A DNA stretch of 64,000 nt from an uncultured virus (IMG/VR IMGVR_UViG_3300027974_001778) (IMGVR_UViG_3300027974_001778:62001-126000); one strand, 5' to 3'; positions 1 to 11,099 are shown, counted from the stretch's first letter. Notes: generated by a model not told the origin, from the sequence alone. A program made the numbers and translations.

Positions 1-1
1 T

Positions 2-658
2 CCTGATTCAGAATATGGATGGGAAAAATTATTCTCCGAAAGATTATATTTGGCTTTCCATAGAAACTATGGTTTAGATGTTAGAGTTGCAAGATTCCAT
101 AACATCTTTGGGCCACAAGGTACATGGACAGGTGGTAGAGAAAAATCACCAGCAGCAATGTGTAGAAAAGTTGTGGAGGCTAAAGACGGAGATGTAGTCG
201 AAGTTTGGGGTAATGGAATGCAAACTCGTTCATTCTTATACGTAGATGAATGTGTTGAGGCAGTATTAAGATTAATGGAAAGTGACTTTACAGGTCCTGT
301 TAATATTGGTAGTGAAGAAATGGTTACAATTAATCAACTTGCAGGAATGGCAATAGCAATATCGGATAAAAATATTGAAATCAAAAATATTGATGGTCAA
401 GAATTTATTGACAAGTACGGATTTAAATGTCCTTTAGGTGTTAAGGGAAGAAATTCTGACAATAAACTTTATAGAGAAAAAGTTGGTTGGGAAGTTAGTG
501 AACCCTTATCTATTGGTTTGAAAAAAACTTACCAATGGATTAAGTCACAAGTTGACAAAAAAGAAATTGAAACTCCATGGATTTATGAAAGTCCTGACGG
601 TGGAAAAACAGTCTATAGACGAGAACCTCAAAGTTCCGATAGACATAAAATCAAATAA
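2..658 (+). CDS. NAD-dependent epimerase/dehydratase (GDP-mannose 3,5-epimerase-like), 5'-truncated by window edge
   Basis: Frame is open from base 2 (PDSEYGWEKLFSERLY, YxxxK motif); RFHNIFGP, VWGNGMQTRSFLYVDECV and GVKGRNSDN motifs. Confidence 0.9.
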   Translation, partial: PDSEYGWEKLFSERLYLAFHRNYGLDVRVARFHNIFGPQGTWTGGREKSPAAMCRKVVEAKDGDVVEVWGNGMQTRSFLYVDECVEAVLRLMESDFTGPVNIGSEEMVTINQLAGMAIAISDKNIEIKNIDGQEFIDKYGFKCPLGVKGRNSDNKLYREKVGWEVSEPLSIGLKKTYQWIKSQVDKKEIETPWIYESPDGGKTVYRREPQSSDRHKIK

Positions 659-664
659 CATATA

Positions 665-1405
665 ATGGCAAGAGGCACCAAAAGAACTCCATCAACAACA
701 CCAACAACAACAAGTGAAGTTATGGTAACAAGAACGAAAAAAGAATTAATTTGTTCAATTGTTAAAAGAAAGACTAAAGAAAAATTTTTATCTGAAAGTC
801 AAAAAGAGTATTACAATAAACTAGAAACAAACCAAATTACAATATGTTCGGGGCCTGCTGGAGTTGGTAAGAGTTACATCGCAATGAAGGCGGCTGTAGA
901 CTTATTAGTTGACCCAAAAACTCCTTATGAAAAAATTATTATTGTAAGACCCGCAGTTGAGGCAGAAGAAAAATTAGGGAGTTTACCAGGAGGTGTTGAA
1001 GAAAAATTAGACCCTTACATATTCCCATCTTATTATTTATTAAATAAAATTATTGGTAAAGAATCAAGAGAAAAATTAAAAGATGTTGAAGCGATTGAAG
1101 TTTTTGCATTAGCTTATATGAGAGGGATGAATATTGATAATTCAATATTAATTTTTGAAGAAGCTCAAAATTCAACTCCAAGTCAAATGAAACTTTTGTT
1201 AACAAGAATTGGATTTAATTCTAAATTTTTTATTTCAGGTGACTTAGAACAATTTGATAGACATAAAGATAAAACTCAAACTGGATTATGGGACGCTCTT
1301 CAAAAATTTCAAGGTATGAATGATATTGGAGTATTTGAATTTAGTTCTGATGATATTGTAAGAAATCCATTGATTACAAAAATATTAAAAAGATACGAAG
1401 AATGA
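665..1405 (+). CDS. phoH: PhoH-like ATPase
   Basis: GPAGVGKS P-loop, RPAVEAEEKLGSLPG, AYMRG, EAQN, GDLEQFD, DIVRNPL. Confidence 0.95.
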   Translation: MARGTKRTPSTTPTTTSEVMVTRTKKELICSIVKRKTKEKFLSESQKEYYNKLETNQITICSGPAGVGKSYIAMKAAVDLLVDPKTPYEKIIIVRPAVEAEEKLGSLPGGVEEKLDPYIFPSYYLLNKIIGKESREKLKDVEAIEVFALAYMRGMNIDNSILIFEEAQNSTPSQMKLLLTRIGFNSKFFISGDLEQFDRHKDKTQTGLWDALQKFQGMNDIGVFEFSSDDIVRNPLITKILKRYEE

Positions 1406-1992
1406 GAATAGGAATAGAATTAAACGGAGTTCTTCGAGATACGCTCAGAAAAATTCAACAAGAATATGAGAAATGGTATATTGAAAATTCTTTTAATGAA
1501 GATGAAGAATTTAAATATGAAGTTATAACAAAATTAACAAGTTTAGAAATATCCAAACATCTTAAATTTAAAAATGAAGATGAGTTATATGATTTTTTAT
1601 ATAAAGAACATACGATGGAAATTTTTGGACATGCTGGTTCTGTAGAAACTTCAGGAATGATGGACTTTAATGATTTTTATTTAGATGTTAGGGATAACCA
1701 CGATATTACAATAGTTTCTGATGAAATTGGTAAATCAAAACCAGCGTCATTATTCTTTATTTCTAAATTTGGGTGTTTAGTAGAATCTATTAAGTTCTAT
1801 AGTGAAAGTACAATTAATTCACTTTGGGAGTCTATAGACATTTTACTTACCGCAAATCCTAAACTATTATTAAATCATCCTGAAAATAAAACAGTTATTA
1901 AGTATAATACCGCTTATAATTCAGATATAAAAACCGAGTATGAGATTTCAACAATCAAAGAACTCAAATCAAAAATAGACGAAATAGTATGA
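1402..1992 (+). CDS. HAD-like / 5'-nucleotidase-like protein, probably degenerate
   Basis: N-terminal IGIELNGVLRD resembles HAD motif I (DxDGVL) with the acidic residues substituted. Confidence 0.5.
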   Translation: MRIGIELNGVLRDTLRKIQQEYEKWYIENSFNEDEEFKYEVITKLTSLEISKHLKFKNEDELYDFLYKEHTMEIFGHAGSVETSGMMDFNDFYLDVRDNHDITIVSDEIGKSKPASLFFISKFGCLVESIKFYSESTINSLWESIDILLTANPKLLLNHPENKTVIKYNTAYNSDIKTEYEISTIKELKSKIDEIV

Positions 1993-2270
1993 TAAATGTA
2001 TTAGGTGAAAATTATTACATTGATTTAGATGTAATTGAACAGTACCTTGATATGTCTAATGACGCATCACCTGAGGATTTATCAGGAACAACAGAAATGA
2101 AAATTAACATTATCAAATTTGAGATGGTAAAAATGTTATTAGACACTGTATTAACAGAACAAGATATTGTTGACGAAAAATTAGGAATGAAAAGTAGTTT
2201 AAACACAAGTATTCCTTTTAGAATCGCATTTAACAGTCTTTTAAATAAAAAACTAATCAATCATTATTAA
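1989..2270 (+). CDS. hypothetical protein
   Basis: ORF translationally coupled within the operon (ATGA overlap). Confidence 0.75.
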   Translation: MINVLGENYYIDLDVIEQYLDMSNDASPEDLSGTTEMKINIIKFEMVKMLLDTVLTEQDIVDEKLGMKSSLNTSIPFRIAFNSLLNKKLINHY

Positions 2271-2271
2271 T

Positions 2272-3324
2272 ATGGAAAACACAATAGAAGAAAAAGTAAA
2301 ACAGTCCATTCAGGTTTTGAGAGACAAAAAAGCAAGAATTTATTTTTTAGTACAAGATACTAAAGGTAATGCAAAAGCTTCTGTCAGATACATTTACCAA
2401 ATGGCAAAAACATTAAAAGACAACGGGTTTAATCCAATCATTTTACATGAGAAAGCGGATTATTCAGGAGTTGTTGCGTGGTTGAATGAAGAATACATGT
2501 CTATACCACATAAAGCAATTGAAGGTCAAAATTTAGAGATTTCTCCTGAAGATTTCTTAGTAATTCCTGAATTATTTGGTTACGTTATGGACCAAGTAAA
2601 ACAATTACCTTGTGCTAAAATTGTTCTAACACAACAATATTCACACATGTTAGAAACATTACAGCCAGGTCAATCATGGAATCAATTTGGATTTATGAAA
2701 TGTCTTACAACATCTAACAAACAAAAAGAATACATTGAAAGAGTAATGAGACAATCATCTTTTGATGTTATTGAACCGTACATTACGGATTCATTTAAAC
2801 CTAAATCAACACCAGCAATGCCAATTATTGGTATTCACACAAAAGAGCAAACTGACGCAATTAATATTATTAAAACTTTCTATTTAAAATTCCCTCAATA
2901 CAGATGGTTTACATTTAGAGACTTAAGAGGGTTGTCTGAAAAAGAATTTGCAAACTCATTAAGTGATTGTTTTTTAAGTGTATGGATTGACGATGATAGC
3001 GCCTTTGGTACTTTCCCATTAGAATCTATGAAATCAGGTGTTCCTGTTATTGGAAAAGTTCCTAATATACCTCCAGATTGGATGACTGAACAAAATGGTA
3101 TTTGGATTACCGACAAAACATTATTTGTTGATGTTATCGCTGATTATATACAAAATTGGCTTGAGGATAATATTAATCCTGAAATACAAGATGAAATGAA
3201 AAAAACAATAGAACAATTTTCAGATAAACAAAAATTTGACTCAAGTGTTGTAACATTATTTAGTACTTACTTAAACACAAGAGCAGATTCATTCGAACAA
3301 CAAATTTCAAAAACAGAAGAATAA
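2272..3324 (+). CDS. glycosyltransferase, GT-B fold (GT4-like)
   Basis: SAFGTFPLESMKSGVPVIG resembles the GT4 ExFG.P.LEAM..G.PVI motif. Confidence 0.75.
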   Translation: MENTIEEKVKQSIQVLRDKKARIYFLVQDTKGNAKASVRYIYQMAKTLKDNGFNPIILHEKADYSGVVAWLNEEYMSIPHKAIEGQNLEISPEDFLVIPELFGYVMDQVKQLPCAKIVLTQQYSHMLETLQPGQSWNQFGFMKCLTTSNKQKEYIERVMRQSSFDVIEPYITDSFKPKSTPAMPIIGIHTKEQTDAINIIKTFYLKFPQYRWFTFRDLRGLSEKEFANSLSDCFLSVWIDDDSAFGTFPLESMKSGVPVIGKVPNIPPDWMTEQNGIWITDKTLFVDVIADYIQNWLEDNINPEIQDEMKKTIEQFSDKQKFDSSVVTLFSTYLNTRADSFEQQISKTEE

Positions 3325-3325
3325 T

Positions 3326-4132
3326 ATGAGCAATAAATTATCACTTTCAGTTATACTACCAATCAAATCATCAAAGGCTAAAAATTTTGATGAATATTTT
3401 GAAAAAGCAATTACATCACTTAAAAATCAACAAATTGAGTTTGAGGAGGTTGTAATTATACACACTAGCGAAGAACAATTAGTTACATTACTTAATGGAT
3501 ATGACTTTGGAAATCTTACTGTAAATAAATTACTTTGGGATAAAGAAGCAAACTATTGTGACCAAGTAAATTATGGTATTAAAAACGCAAAAGGAACATG
3601 GGTTTCTCTTTTTGAATTTGATGACGAGTACTCGTCTATTTGGTTTAAAAATGTTGACAAATACATTACATCATATCCTGAAGTTCAAATGTTTTTACCT
3701 GTAGTCGTTGAGACGGATGAAAAAGGTCTTTTTGCAGGATTTACAAATGAGGCTACTTTTGCTGCAAACTTTACTCAAGAAATGGGATTCTTAACAAATG
3801 AAACATTACAAGAGTATCAAAATTTTCAAACAGCAGGTTCTGTATTTAAAAAAGAAATTGTTGAGGATTTTGGAGGGTTTAAATCTTCAATTAAATTAAC
3901 ATTTATATATGAATTCTTATTAAGACTTACATATAATTCAGTTCAAATTATGACTATACCAAAACTTGGTTACAAACATGTTAACCTTAGAGAAGGTTCA
4001 ATTTTTTGGAACTATAAAAATGGTGACGAAAAAATGATTGAGGATGAAGTTAAGTTTTGGATACAAACAGCGAAAAAAGAATATTTCTTCCCTGACGACA
4101 GAGTCATAAAATATCAATCTGAAAATGTATAA
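3326..4132 (+). CDS. glycosyltransferase family 2 (GT-A)
   Basis: LSVILP start, NYGIKNAKGTWV..FEFDDEY DxD-like motif. Confidence 0.8.
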   Translation: MSNKLSLSVILPIKSSKAKNFDEYFEKAITSLKNQQIEFEEVVIIHTSEEQLVTLLNGYDFGNLTVNKLLWDKEANYCDQVNYGIKNAKGTWVSLFEFDDEYSSIWFKNVDKYITSYPEVQMFLPVVVETDEKGLFAGFTNEATFAANFTQEMGFLTNETLQEYQNFQTAGSVFKKEIVEDFGGFKSSIKLTFIYEFLLRLTYNSVQIMTIPKLGYKHVNLREGSIFWNYKNGDEKMIEDEVKFWIQTAKKEYFFPDDRVIKYQSENV

Positions 4133-4878
4133 TGCAAGAAACTCTATCTGCAACAACAGAAGATGTTTTATCTAAAAAGAGAGGAAGAAAAGCTGTTAAT
4201 TTAAATTATTTTGATGTAAGAGAAGAAGATGCGGTTAGAAAGTTTTTAATCACAGAGGACTCACACGAAAAAAATAAAATATATAATGAATTTTTAAGAG
4301 GACCTCTTGATAAGATGATTTCATCTATCATACGACGATATAAACTATATCGTAAGGACATGGATTTTAACGAAATTCATACAGACACTCATTCGTTTTT
4401 AATGACTAAAGTTGACAAGTTTAAACCAGATAAGAATAAGAAAGCTTATTCTTATTTTGGTACAATTTGTAAAAATTACTTAATGGGTCAAATAATTAAA
4501 GACCAAAAAGAAACGAATAGAAAAATATCATATGAAGACATATCTTCAAGTTTAGAAGAAAGAGTGGATATGAGTTATAGAATTGATGATGATATCGTTG
4601 AAACCGATATCATTATTGTTGAATATTTAAAAGAATTAAAAGAATTTATCGATAATGAAAATTTAAACGATAATGAAAAAAAATTAGGGTATGCCCTTAT
4701 TGATTTGTTTGATAACTATGAAAGCATCTTCTCAGGAGCAGATAATAACAAATTCAACAAAAATGTAATCCTACTTTCACTAAGAGAAATGACTAACTTA
4801 AGTACTAAAGAGATTAGAAGTTCAATTAAAAGGTTTAAAAAATTATATACAGTTATTCAGATTAAAATGAAAAACTAA
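4132..4878 (+). CDS. phage late sigma factor (T4 gp55-like)
   Basis: Sigma region-2-like KFKPDKNKKAYSYFGTICKNYL, N-terminal NYF motif; T4-like context. Confidence 0.75.
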   Translation: MQETLSATTEDVLSKKRGRKAVNLNYFDVREEDAVRKFLITEDSHEKNKIYNEFLRGPLDKMISSIIRRYKLYRKDMDFNEIHTDTHSFLMTKVDKFKPDKNKKAYSYFGTICKNYLMGQIIKDQKETNRKISYEDISSSLEERVDMSYRIDDDIVETDIIIVEYLKELKEFIDNENLNDNEKKLGYALIDLFDNYESIFSGADNNKFNKNVILLSLREMTNLSTKEIRSSIKRFKKLYTVIQIKMKN

Positions 4879-4898
4879 TTAAAAAAGTATTTATAGGT

Positions 4899-5264
4899 AT
4901 GCCAAGACCACAAAGAAAAGAAATTAATTTCACGAAAGATTCAATCTTGTCTTTAATGCAAGAAATTTACAACGAACTTGTAGAACAAAGACAAACTGCA
5001 ATCAGAATACAAAATAAAATGTTAGCAATGTTAAAAGACCCTGCTGATATGACAACTATTGGGCCTGTAATTGAAAAACAACAAAAAATAGTCAACGATT
5101 GTGTTGAAAAGAAAATTAGTTTATCAAAATTACAATCTGGTATTTGGGAAAAATCTAACAACAATACAGAATCATTTTCTCTTGCAGATTTAGATGACGA
5201 TTTAATACAAAATCTTATAGAAAAAGATGTTTCTAATGATGAAGAAACGTATAAAATGAAATAA
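4899..5264 (+). CDS. hypothetical protein (coiled-coil)
   Basis: ORF preceded by TATTTATA at 4888-4895. Confidence 0.75.
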   Translation: MPRPQRKEINFTKDSILSLMQEIYNELVEQRQTAIRIQNKMLAMLKDPADMTTIGPVIEKQQKIVNDCVEKKISLSKLQSGIWEKSNNNTESFSLADLDDDLIQNLIEKDVSNDEETYKMK

Positions 5265-5267
5265 GAG

Positions 5268-7364
5268 ATGCAAGCATTAGATATAACTTCAGCACAAGAT
5301 TCGATACAAGGTAAGATAAAATCATTTAAAACTTATATTGATGTTTCTGGTGCTGCCAAAAGTTTAAAAAATGCGGGGGATTCGGCTACTAAAGCATCAT
5401 CACAAATTACATCTCAGTTAGACAAAATTAAAAATCTACAAAAAAGATTTTTTAGAGAACCACCTAATTCAATGGACCAATTGTTAGGGTTCTTAGGTCA
5501 AACTCAAGGAACTGGTTCAGGTACTTCAACATATATTAGAAAAAAAATGTTAGAAGCTGCTGCGTTAATTGAACCAAAGTTATCAGTTATTATTAAAGAG
5601 GAAACAATCAAAGCCTTAGGTTGTTCAATTGAACAAACGTATAACGGTATATCCCCTTCAGTTCTTGAATCACAACCTTTACCGTTACTACCTCAACAAG
5701 AAGGGATTTACATACCAGTTAGTTCTATTGATTTATTTTCTAATTTAAAACAATCACCTGAAACAAATTTTGGAAAAATTTTCTATGAAGCTCAATCACC
5801 TTCTGGAGACCAAAAATTTAGACCTTATGGTGGAGATGTTCCATTTCCAATGAACAAACAACTTTATCAGTTAATGGAATCTAACAACACTGGTAGGTCG
5901 TTTAATCAAATTAATGGTAAAAATTATTTAGGTAAATCGGGTCAGGATTTATTTGATGTTCAATATTCAAACGTAAATAGTTTTGGGGTTACAGGAGACT
6001 ATTATCGTATTGTATTAATAAATAGAGAAGATGGTTCAGGTAATATTAGCAATAATGTTGGAGAATTTATTTCAGATTATTATAGTACAATTAAGTTAGT
6101 TGATACGGTAGATATTGGAGCTCAAATAGTTAACATCATTTCTGGAGCTGTAAGTATGAATCTGCAAGTTGGTTATGGACAACTTGATGAACAATCAAAA
6201 TTTGACTTATTAATACAAAGAATTTTAGGGTTATGTTTTGATTCAAGAAGAGAAATTGATGTAAGTGGTGTCTCCAAAGTAGCAGAACTTGACGGTGTTG
6301 ATGATAGTTTTTATGAATTAACTGAAATAGATTTAAGAAATATTGAAGTTAAGATTAATAACATCCAAAACGGTGTTATGGAATTTATAGACTGTGACAA
6401 TGTTAAAGTTCCTGTAGATACTGAAGTTCTTATAAGTCAATTAATTGATTTTAGAGATACTCTAACAGGTCAAACCGTAGAACAACAAGTTGCCACTTTA
6501 GAAACTATTGTTGATTCAATATCACAAAATCCAGATTGGAGAGCCACAATACCAACCAATTTTAACTCTAGTGTTTCAATCAACACAAATGTCATTAAAA
6601 AAATACCTTTGGCGGTTGCTGCAAGTGTATTAAGTCCAAAAGTTTTATTACCTCTTTACACTTTATTATCGGTAGTTCAATCAGGTGCAACATATACTTA
6701 CAATCAAGCAGTAACAAGTGCAAATACAGCCACAAATAGTGTAAATACGACAATAACTAACGCTGGAAACGCGGGTGCAAATATTGGACAAGCTGGAAGT
6801 AATATAGTTACTAACGGAGCGGATTTTTTAAAGGTATATAAAACATTTTCAATACAAGTCATTTCTAAAGTTAATGCTGAATTTCTTAGAGTTTTATTTG
6901 AGATATTAAAAAAAGATATAGTTAATTTAGTTGGTAGTATTATTGCAGACGTTTCTAAATCTTACTTAACCAAAAAATATGCAATGATTTTAAGGTTGAT
7001 TCAAATTGCATTAATAATAGCACAATTAATAGATGATTATAGAAAATGTAAAAATTTATTAGATAATATTTTATTATTACTTAATTTAATTGGTCAATCT
7101 GTAGGTGGAGGTCAAACAATACCATTACCATTATTAGCTTTATCAAGTGCATTACCAGGTATTTCGGCAGAGCAGATGACCATAAACACAATTCAAATCC
7201 TTCAATCTATAGGAGTTCCGACAGGACCTCTTCCTGATGGTTCTCCTAATCTTATGTTACAATTTAATTTAGCGGCTAATAAAGGAATTGTATCGAATAT
7301 TACTGAAGAAGGTAAGTTGAAAACGATTGGTATGGCGGGTCCATCAATAGGTAAATTAATATAA
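5268..7364 (+). CDS. hypothetical protein, probable virion structural protein
   Basis: 698-aa ORF next to baseplate-hub-like gene. Confidence 0.6.
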   Translation: MQALDITSAQDSIQGKIKSFKTYIDVSGAAKSLKNAGDSATKASSQITSQLDKIKNLQKRFFREPPNSMDQLLGFLGQTQGTGSGTSTYIRKKMLEAAALIEPKLSVIIKEETIKALGCSIEQTYNGISPSVLESQPLPLLPQQEGIYIPVSSIDLFSNLKQSPETNFGKIFYEAQSPSGDQKFRPYGGDVPFPMNKQLYQLMESNNTGRSFNQINGKNYLGKSGQDLFDVQYSNVNSFGVTGDYYRIVLINREDGSGNISNNVGEFISDYYSTIKLVDTVDIGAQIVNIISGAVSMNLQVGYGQLDEQSKFDLLIQRILGLCFDSRREIDVSGVSKVAELDGVDDSFYELTEIDLRNIEVKINNIQNGVMEFIDCDNVKVPVDTEVLISQLIDFRDTLTGQTVEQQVATLETIVDSISQNPDWRATIPTNFNSSVSINTNVIKKIPLAVAASVLSPKVLLPLYTLLSVVQSGATYTYNQAVTSANTATNSVNTTITNAGNAGANIGQAGSNIVTNGADFLKVYKTFSIQVISKVNAEFLRVLFEILKKDIVNLVGSIIADVSKSYLTKKYAMILRLIQIALIIAQLIDDYRKCKNLLDNILLLLNLIGQSVGGGQTIPLPLLALSSALPGISAEQMTINTIQILQSIGVPTGPLPDGSPNLMLQFNLAANKGIVSNITEEGKLKTIGMAGPSIGKLI

Positions 7365-7365
7365 A

Positions 7366-7578
7366 ATGAAAAACGAAGAATATCAAAATATTTTAGAAGA
7401 ACAAAAAAATTTAAAAGACTTACCTAACACTAAGTTAGTTGAGTTTATGGATTTGTTATCTTCTGATTTTGAATTAACAAAACAGTCAATTATTACCTCA
7501 ACAATTTATTTAGATAAAGTTGAAGAGTTGTATAATAATGTCCTAAACGTGTATCAAGACAGAAATAATGGAAGATAA
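7366..7578 (+). CDS. hypothetical protein
   Basis: Operon-coupled ORF. Confidence 0.7.
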   Translation: MKNEEYQNILEEQKNLKDLPNTKLVEFMDLLSSDFELTKQSIITSTIYLDKVEELYNNVLNVYQDRNNGR

Positions 7579-9103
7579 TTCAATATTTTTTCAGTGTAGA
7601 GTTTTAAATATAGAAGACCCAATGATGTTGGGTAGAATCAGAGGAGTTAGACTAATCGATAACTACGAAGATATATTAAAAAGTATTTCTGACCCACCAT
7701 GGAATGAAGAGAAAGATATTTGGACTTCAAGAGACCCTCTTATTTTTAATCCATTATTACCTTATTTTATTTATTCAACACCTAAGGTGGATGAACTTAT
7801 TCAAGTTATTTACATGAATAAGGATTTCAAATACCAAAACCAATATTATGTTCAAAATACATTTTCAAGTCCAACAACGACTTTTAAAGAGTATTATTAT
7901 GGAGGTAATAAGTTTACGGGTACAGGTATGCAAATTAAAAATCCAAAACCTTTAAAGAATCAAGATGGTACATATACAGACCAATCAATTCATAAAGGTG
8001 TTTTCCCTCAACCTGGCGATAATGCAATTATGGGTAGAGGTAGTGCGGATATGATTGTCAAAGAAGATGAGATACTAATTCGTGCTGGTAAATTTAAAGG
8101 ACAATACTTAAAGCCAAATGTAATCCCTGTTGCAAATCAACAAAGAGGATTCTTACAACTTAGTAAATTTCAACAAACCAAACAAAGTTTAGAACCTAAA
8201 GTATATTATGAACTTAAAGAAGACGTACTTTTAACTAAGTATTTAATTGAATGGGTTGTCACAAATCCTGAGAACACCCAAGACAAATTCTCAGGAGCGG
8301 TATACCTTTATCAACTTAAACCAGATGTATCAACCAATTCAAAAAACTTAACATTAACAAGTGAAGTTTCTGAAAATCTTAAAAAATTAGTTGCAAGCGA
8401 ACCATTTACGTTATTATCAAAAACAGAAGTAATTAAGTTTATAAATGATTTTATTAAAACTTGTAACACAACTAATGTAACCGCAAGTGGCGTTAAATTA
8501 TTTCCCGATAATAATGCGAGTACCAAATTTCCAATTTTTTATAGGCCAAATTCATTGATGTATTCAAAACTTAATCCATCAACTAATTCAGGGGCAGGTG
8601 CGGGTAATATTGAAGTTAAAAATATTACCGATATATACAGAGCAATTAAATTAACACCAGCAATTAAAGGTGGATACGGATTAATATATGCCAAGGGTAA
8701 GGTAGGTATCCCTAAAACCCCTATTAAAAAAGTGGTTCCTCAGTCTAAATATGTTACTTCAGAGTCAACATATGGAGCATTAGGTAGTGATAAATTATTT
8801 TTATTGTCCCATAATTCTCAAATTCCTGGCAAATCCAAAATTAATTTTGACGATACTTTATATGGTATCAGTCCTGAAAAATTTGCCGACGATATTATGC
8901 CAAATACATCAAGTATGGTTAGAGGAGAAGAGTTATTAGAATTAATAGATATGATTGTTAGATTCTTAATTACCCATACTCACGCATTTCCTGGACTACC
9001 TCCAGTACCCGTAACACAAGACGGCTCAAGTACAGCAAAGATGCTTACAGAGTTAAATAATGCAGTTGAAAAAATACTTAGTAGTAATATTCGACTTAAT
9101 TGA
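7568..9103 (+). CDS. baseplate hub/central spike protein (gp5-like OB-fold N-terminus, HxH spike tip)
   Basis: VLNIEDPMMLGRIR..P.VDELIQV N-terminus; C-terminal THTH metal-binding motif. Confidence 0.65.
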   Translation: MEDNSIFFQCRVLNIEDPMMLGRIRGVRLIDNYEDILKSISDPPWNEEKDIWTSRDPLIFNPLLPYFIYSTPKVDELIQVIYMNKDFKYQNQYYVQNTFSSPTTTFKEYYYGGNKFTGTGMQIKNPKPLKNQDGTYTDQSIHKGVFPQPGDNAIMGRGSADMIVKEDEILIRAGKFKGQYLKPNVIPVANQQRGFLQLSKFQQTKQSLEPKVYYELKEDVLLTKYLIEWVVTNPENTQDKFSGAVYLYQLKPDVSTNSKNLTLTSEVSENLKKLVASEPFTLLSKTEVIKFINDFIKTCNTTNVTASGVKLFPDNNASTKFPIFYRPNSLMYSKLNPSTNSGAGAGNIEVKNITDIYRAIKLTPAIKGGYGLIYAKGKVGIPKTPIKKVVPQSKYVTSESTYGALGSDKLFLLSHNSQIPGKSKINFDDTLYGISPEKFADDIMPNTSSMVRGEELLELIDMIVRFLITHTHAFPGLPPVPVTQDGSSTAKMLTELNNAVEKILSSNIRLN

Positions 9104-9123
9104 TATTTATAGTAAAAAGATAA

Positions 9124-10632
9124 ATGTCAATTCTAAGGTCTTACATAGATAAAAATAATACCATCGTATCAAACTCATATGTTAATACAGGAAGAAACCC
9201 TGTTATTGAATTAAATTTTGGTGCTTCGGATTACATAGTTCCTAATTACGGTTACTCAAGATTACTTTTCAACTTAGATTTATCTTTGTTAGAAGAAAAC
9301 ATTGCAACAGGTGTTATATCAACAGGATGTACATCAGCAATGACTCACACACTAAAGATGACCAATACTTCATCATTTGATAATGAATTACTTAATACGT
9401 TCATGTCAAATGAAAGAAGACGTGCAACATCATTTGATTTAATATTATTTAGAATACCTAACGTATCAGGTAATACAGGAAATCCACAATATTGGGATGA
9501 AGGTGTTGGATACGATTATACTGATTTTAATATTGCCCAAGGAAGCTCACAAGGTGGAATTTCTCCATTAACTTACGTCGATAGTAGAGCATTCTCAACA
9601 AGACCATCTAATTGGTACCAAACAACAACAATAGATGATTGGTCTCAACCAGGAGTATACAGTAATACTAATAGTGGCACAGTTAACTATTCAGGTCTTA
9701 CAATCGTTGCAAGACAACATTTTGAGTTAGGTAATGAAGACCTTAACATGAATATGACTGACGAGATAAATGGTATCTTAAACGGTTCTATCACAGGTGT
9801 TACAGGTTGGGGAGTTGCGTATCTTCCTCAAATTGAAAACATCACTGGGTTAACCGATAGTTACAGTGTTGCATTCTTTTCAAGACATACTCAAACTTTT
9901 TACCAACCATACCTTTTAACTAATTATGACGACTTAATTCAAGACGACAGGAATCTATTTTTGAAAAGCCAAGAGAACAAATTGTTTTTATACATTTATC
10001 AGAATGGTGATTTAGTTAATTTAGACGCAGACCCGTTCGTTAGAATTGAAGACCGAAATGGTGACGCGGTAACAGGAATGGCATCATTAACAACTTGTTT
10101 AAGAACTAAAGGTGTTTATGAAGTTGTTGTTCCTAATGGATTTACATCATACCCTACACCTTGTCAATTTTACGATGTATGGTCAGGTTTAACTATTAAT
10201 GGTCAAGGTATTCCAAATGTAACAAATCAATTTACATTACAACAATATAATGCGGGAATTCAGATTGGGCCTCTTTCTAAAGAACCATCTAAATTTGGAT
10301 TTAGTTTTTATGGTATATTACAAAATGAACAAATATTAAATACTGATATTAGAAAAGTTGGTGTGACAATTAAAAAGGCTTACACTGGTCAACAATTATT
10401 AGAGAATGTTTCTTCGTTTTATAGAGTATATGTAAAAGAAGGAACTACTGAAGTTCAAGTCCAAGATTGGACTCCTATCAATAGAACTCCAAACGAATTT
10501 TATTTTATATTTGATATGAGAGATAAAATACCTAATCAATATTATGTAGACATTCAAGTGAATACTTCAGGAGAAAAAGATACTTATAAGAAACAATTAA
10601 CCTTTAATATTGTAAATACAAAACAATCATGA
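9124..10632 (+). CDS. probable virion structural protein
   Basis: 502-aa beta-rich ORF with upstream TATTTATA (9104-9111). Confidence 0.6.
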   Translation: MSILRSYIDKNNTIVSNSYVNTGRNPVIELNFGASDYIVPNYGYSRLLFNLDLSLLEENIATGVISTGCTSAMTHTLKMTNTSSFDNELLNTFMSNERRRATSFDLILFRIPNVSGNTGNPQYWDEGVGYDYTDFNIAQGSSQGGISPLTYVDSRAFSTRPSNWYQTTTIDDWSQPGVYSNTNSGTVNYSGLTIVARQHFELGNEDLNMNMTDEINGILNGSITGVTGWGVAYLPQIENITGLTDSYSVAFFSRHTQTFYQPYLLTNYDDLIQDDRNLFLKSQENKLFLYIYQNGDLVNLDADPFVRIEDRNGDAVTGMASLTTCLRTKGVYEVVVPNGFTSYPTPCQFYDVWSGLTINGQGIPNVTNQFTLQQYNAGIQIGPLSKEPSKFGFSFYGILQNEQILNTDIRKVGVTIKKAYTGQQLLENVSSFYRVYVKEGTTEVQVQDWTPINRTPNEFYFIFDMRDKIPNQYYVDIQVNTSGEKDTYKKQLTFNIVNTKQS

Positions 10633-11099
10633 GTAAGATAATAAAATTAACAGAATTAGATTTGAACCGTTTGGTAATAAAAGTTCTTAAAGAGCAAGAA
10701 CAAGAACAATCTAACTATATGTTCTTTAGCAATTTAGAACAAATAAAAAGACAATGTAATATGATGTTGGATATGGACCCAAATAAAATCGATGACATAA
10801 TCCAAAATGGTCATGATTGGGCAGATGACCATATATCTGAAGCTAAGACTAATATTGACCAAGTATTTGATTTTTTCAAAAATGAAATGTCAAAAGAATC
10901 TGAATATGTTGATTATGAAGATATTCAGGAAGGTAGAAAAAAAACGGGTACCCCACTTTGTTCAAGAGGTAAATCCGCAGCAAAATCAAAATTTAAAGTA
11001 TATCCAAGCGCTTATGCAAACGGATATGCGGTTCAAGTATGCAAAGGTAAAATAAAAGGACTAGATGGGAAAAAACATTGTTCAGGTTCCTATTGTTAG
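10629..11099 (+). CDS. hypothetical protein with N-terminal LNRLVIKVLKEQ motif and C-terminal YPSAYA/Cys domain
   Basis: Coupled ORF; motifs seen in translation. Confidence 0.7.
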   Translation: MSKIIKLTELDLNRLVIKVLKEQEQEQSNYMFFSNLEQIKRQCNMMLDMDPNKIDDIIQNGHDWADDHISEAKTNIDQVFDFFKNEMSKESEYVDYEDIQEGRKKTGTPLCSRGKSAAKSKFKVYPSAYANGYAVQVCKGKIKGLDGKKHCSGSYC

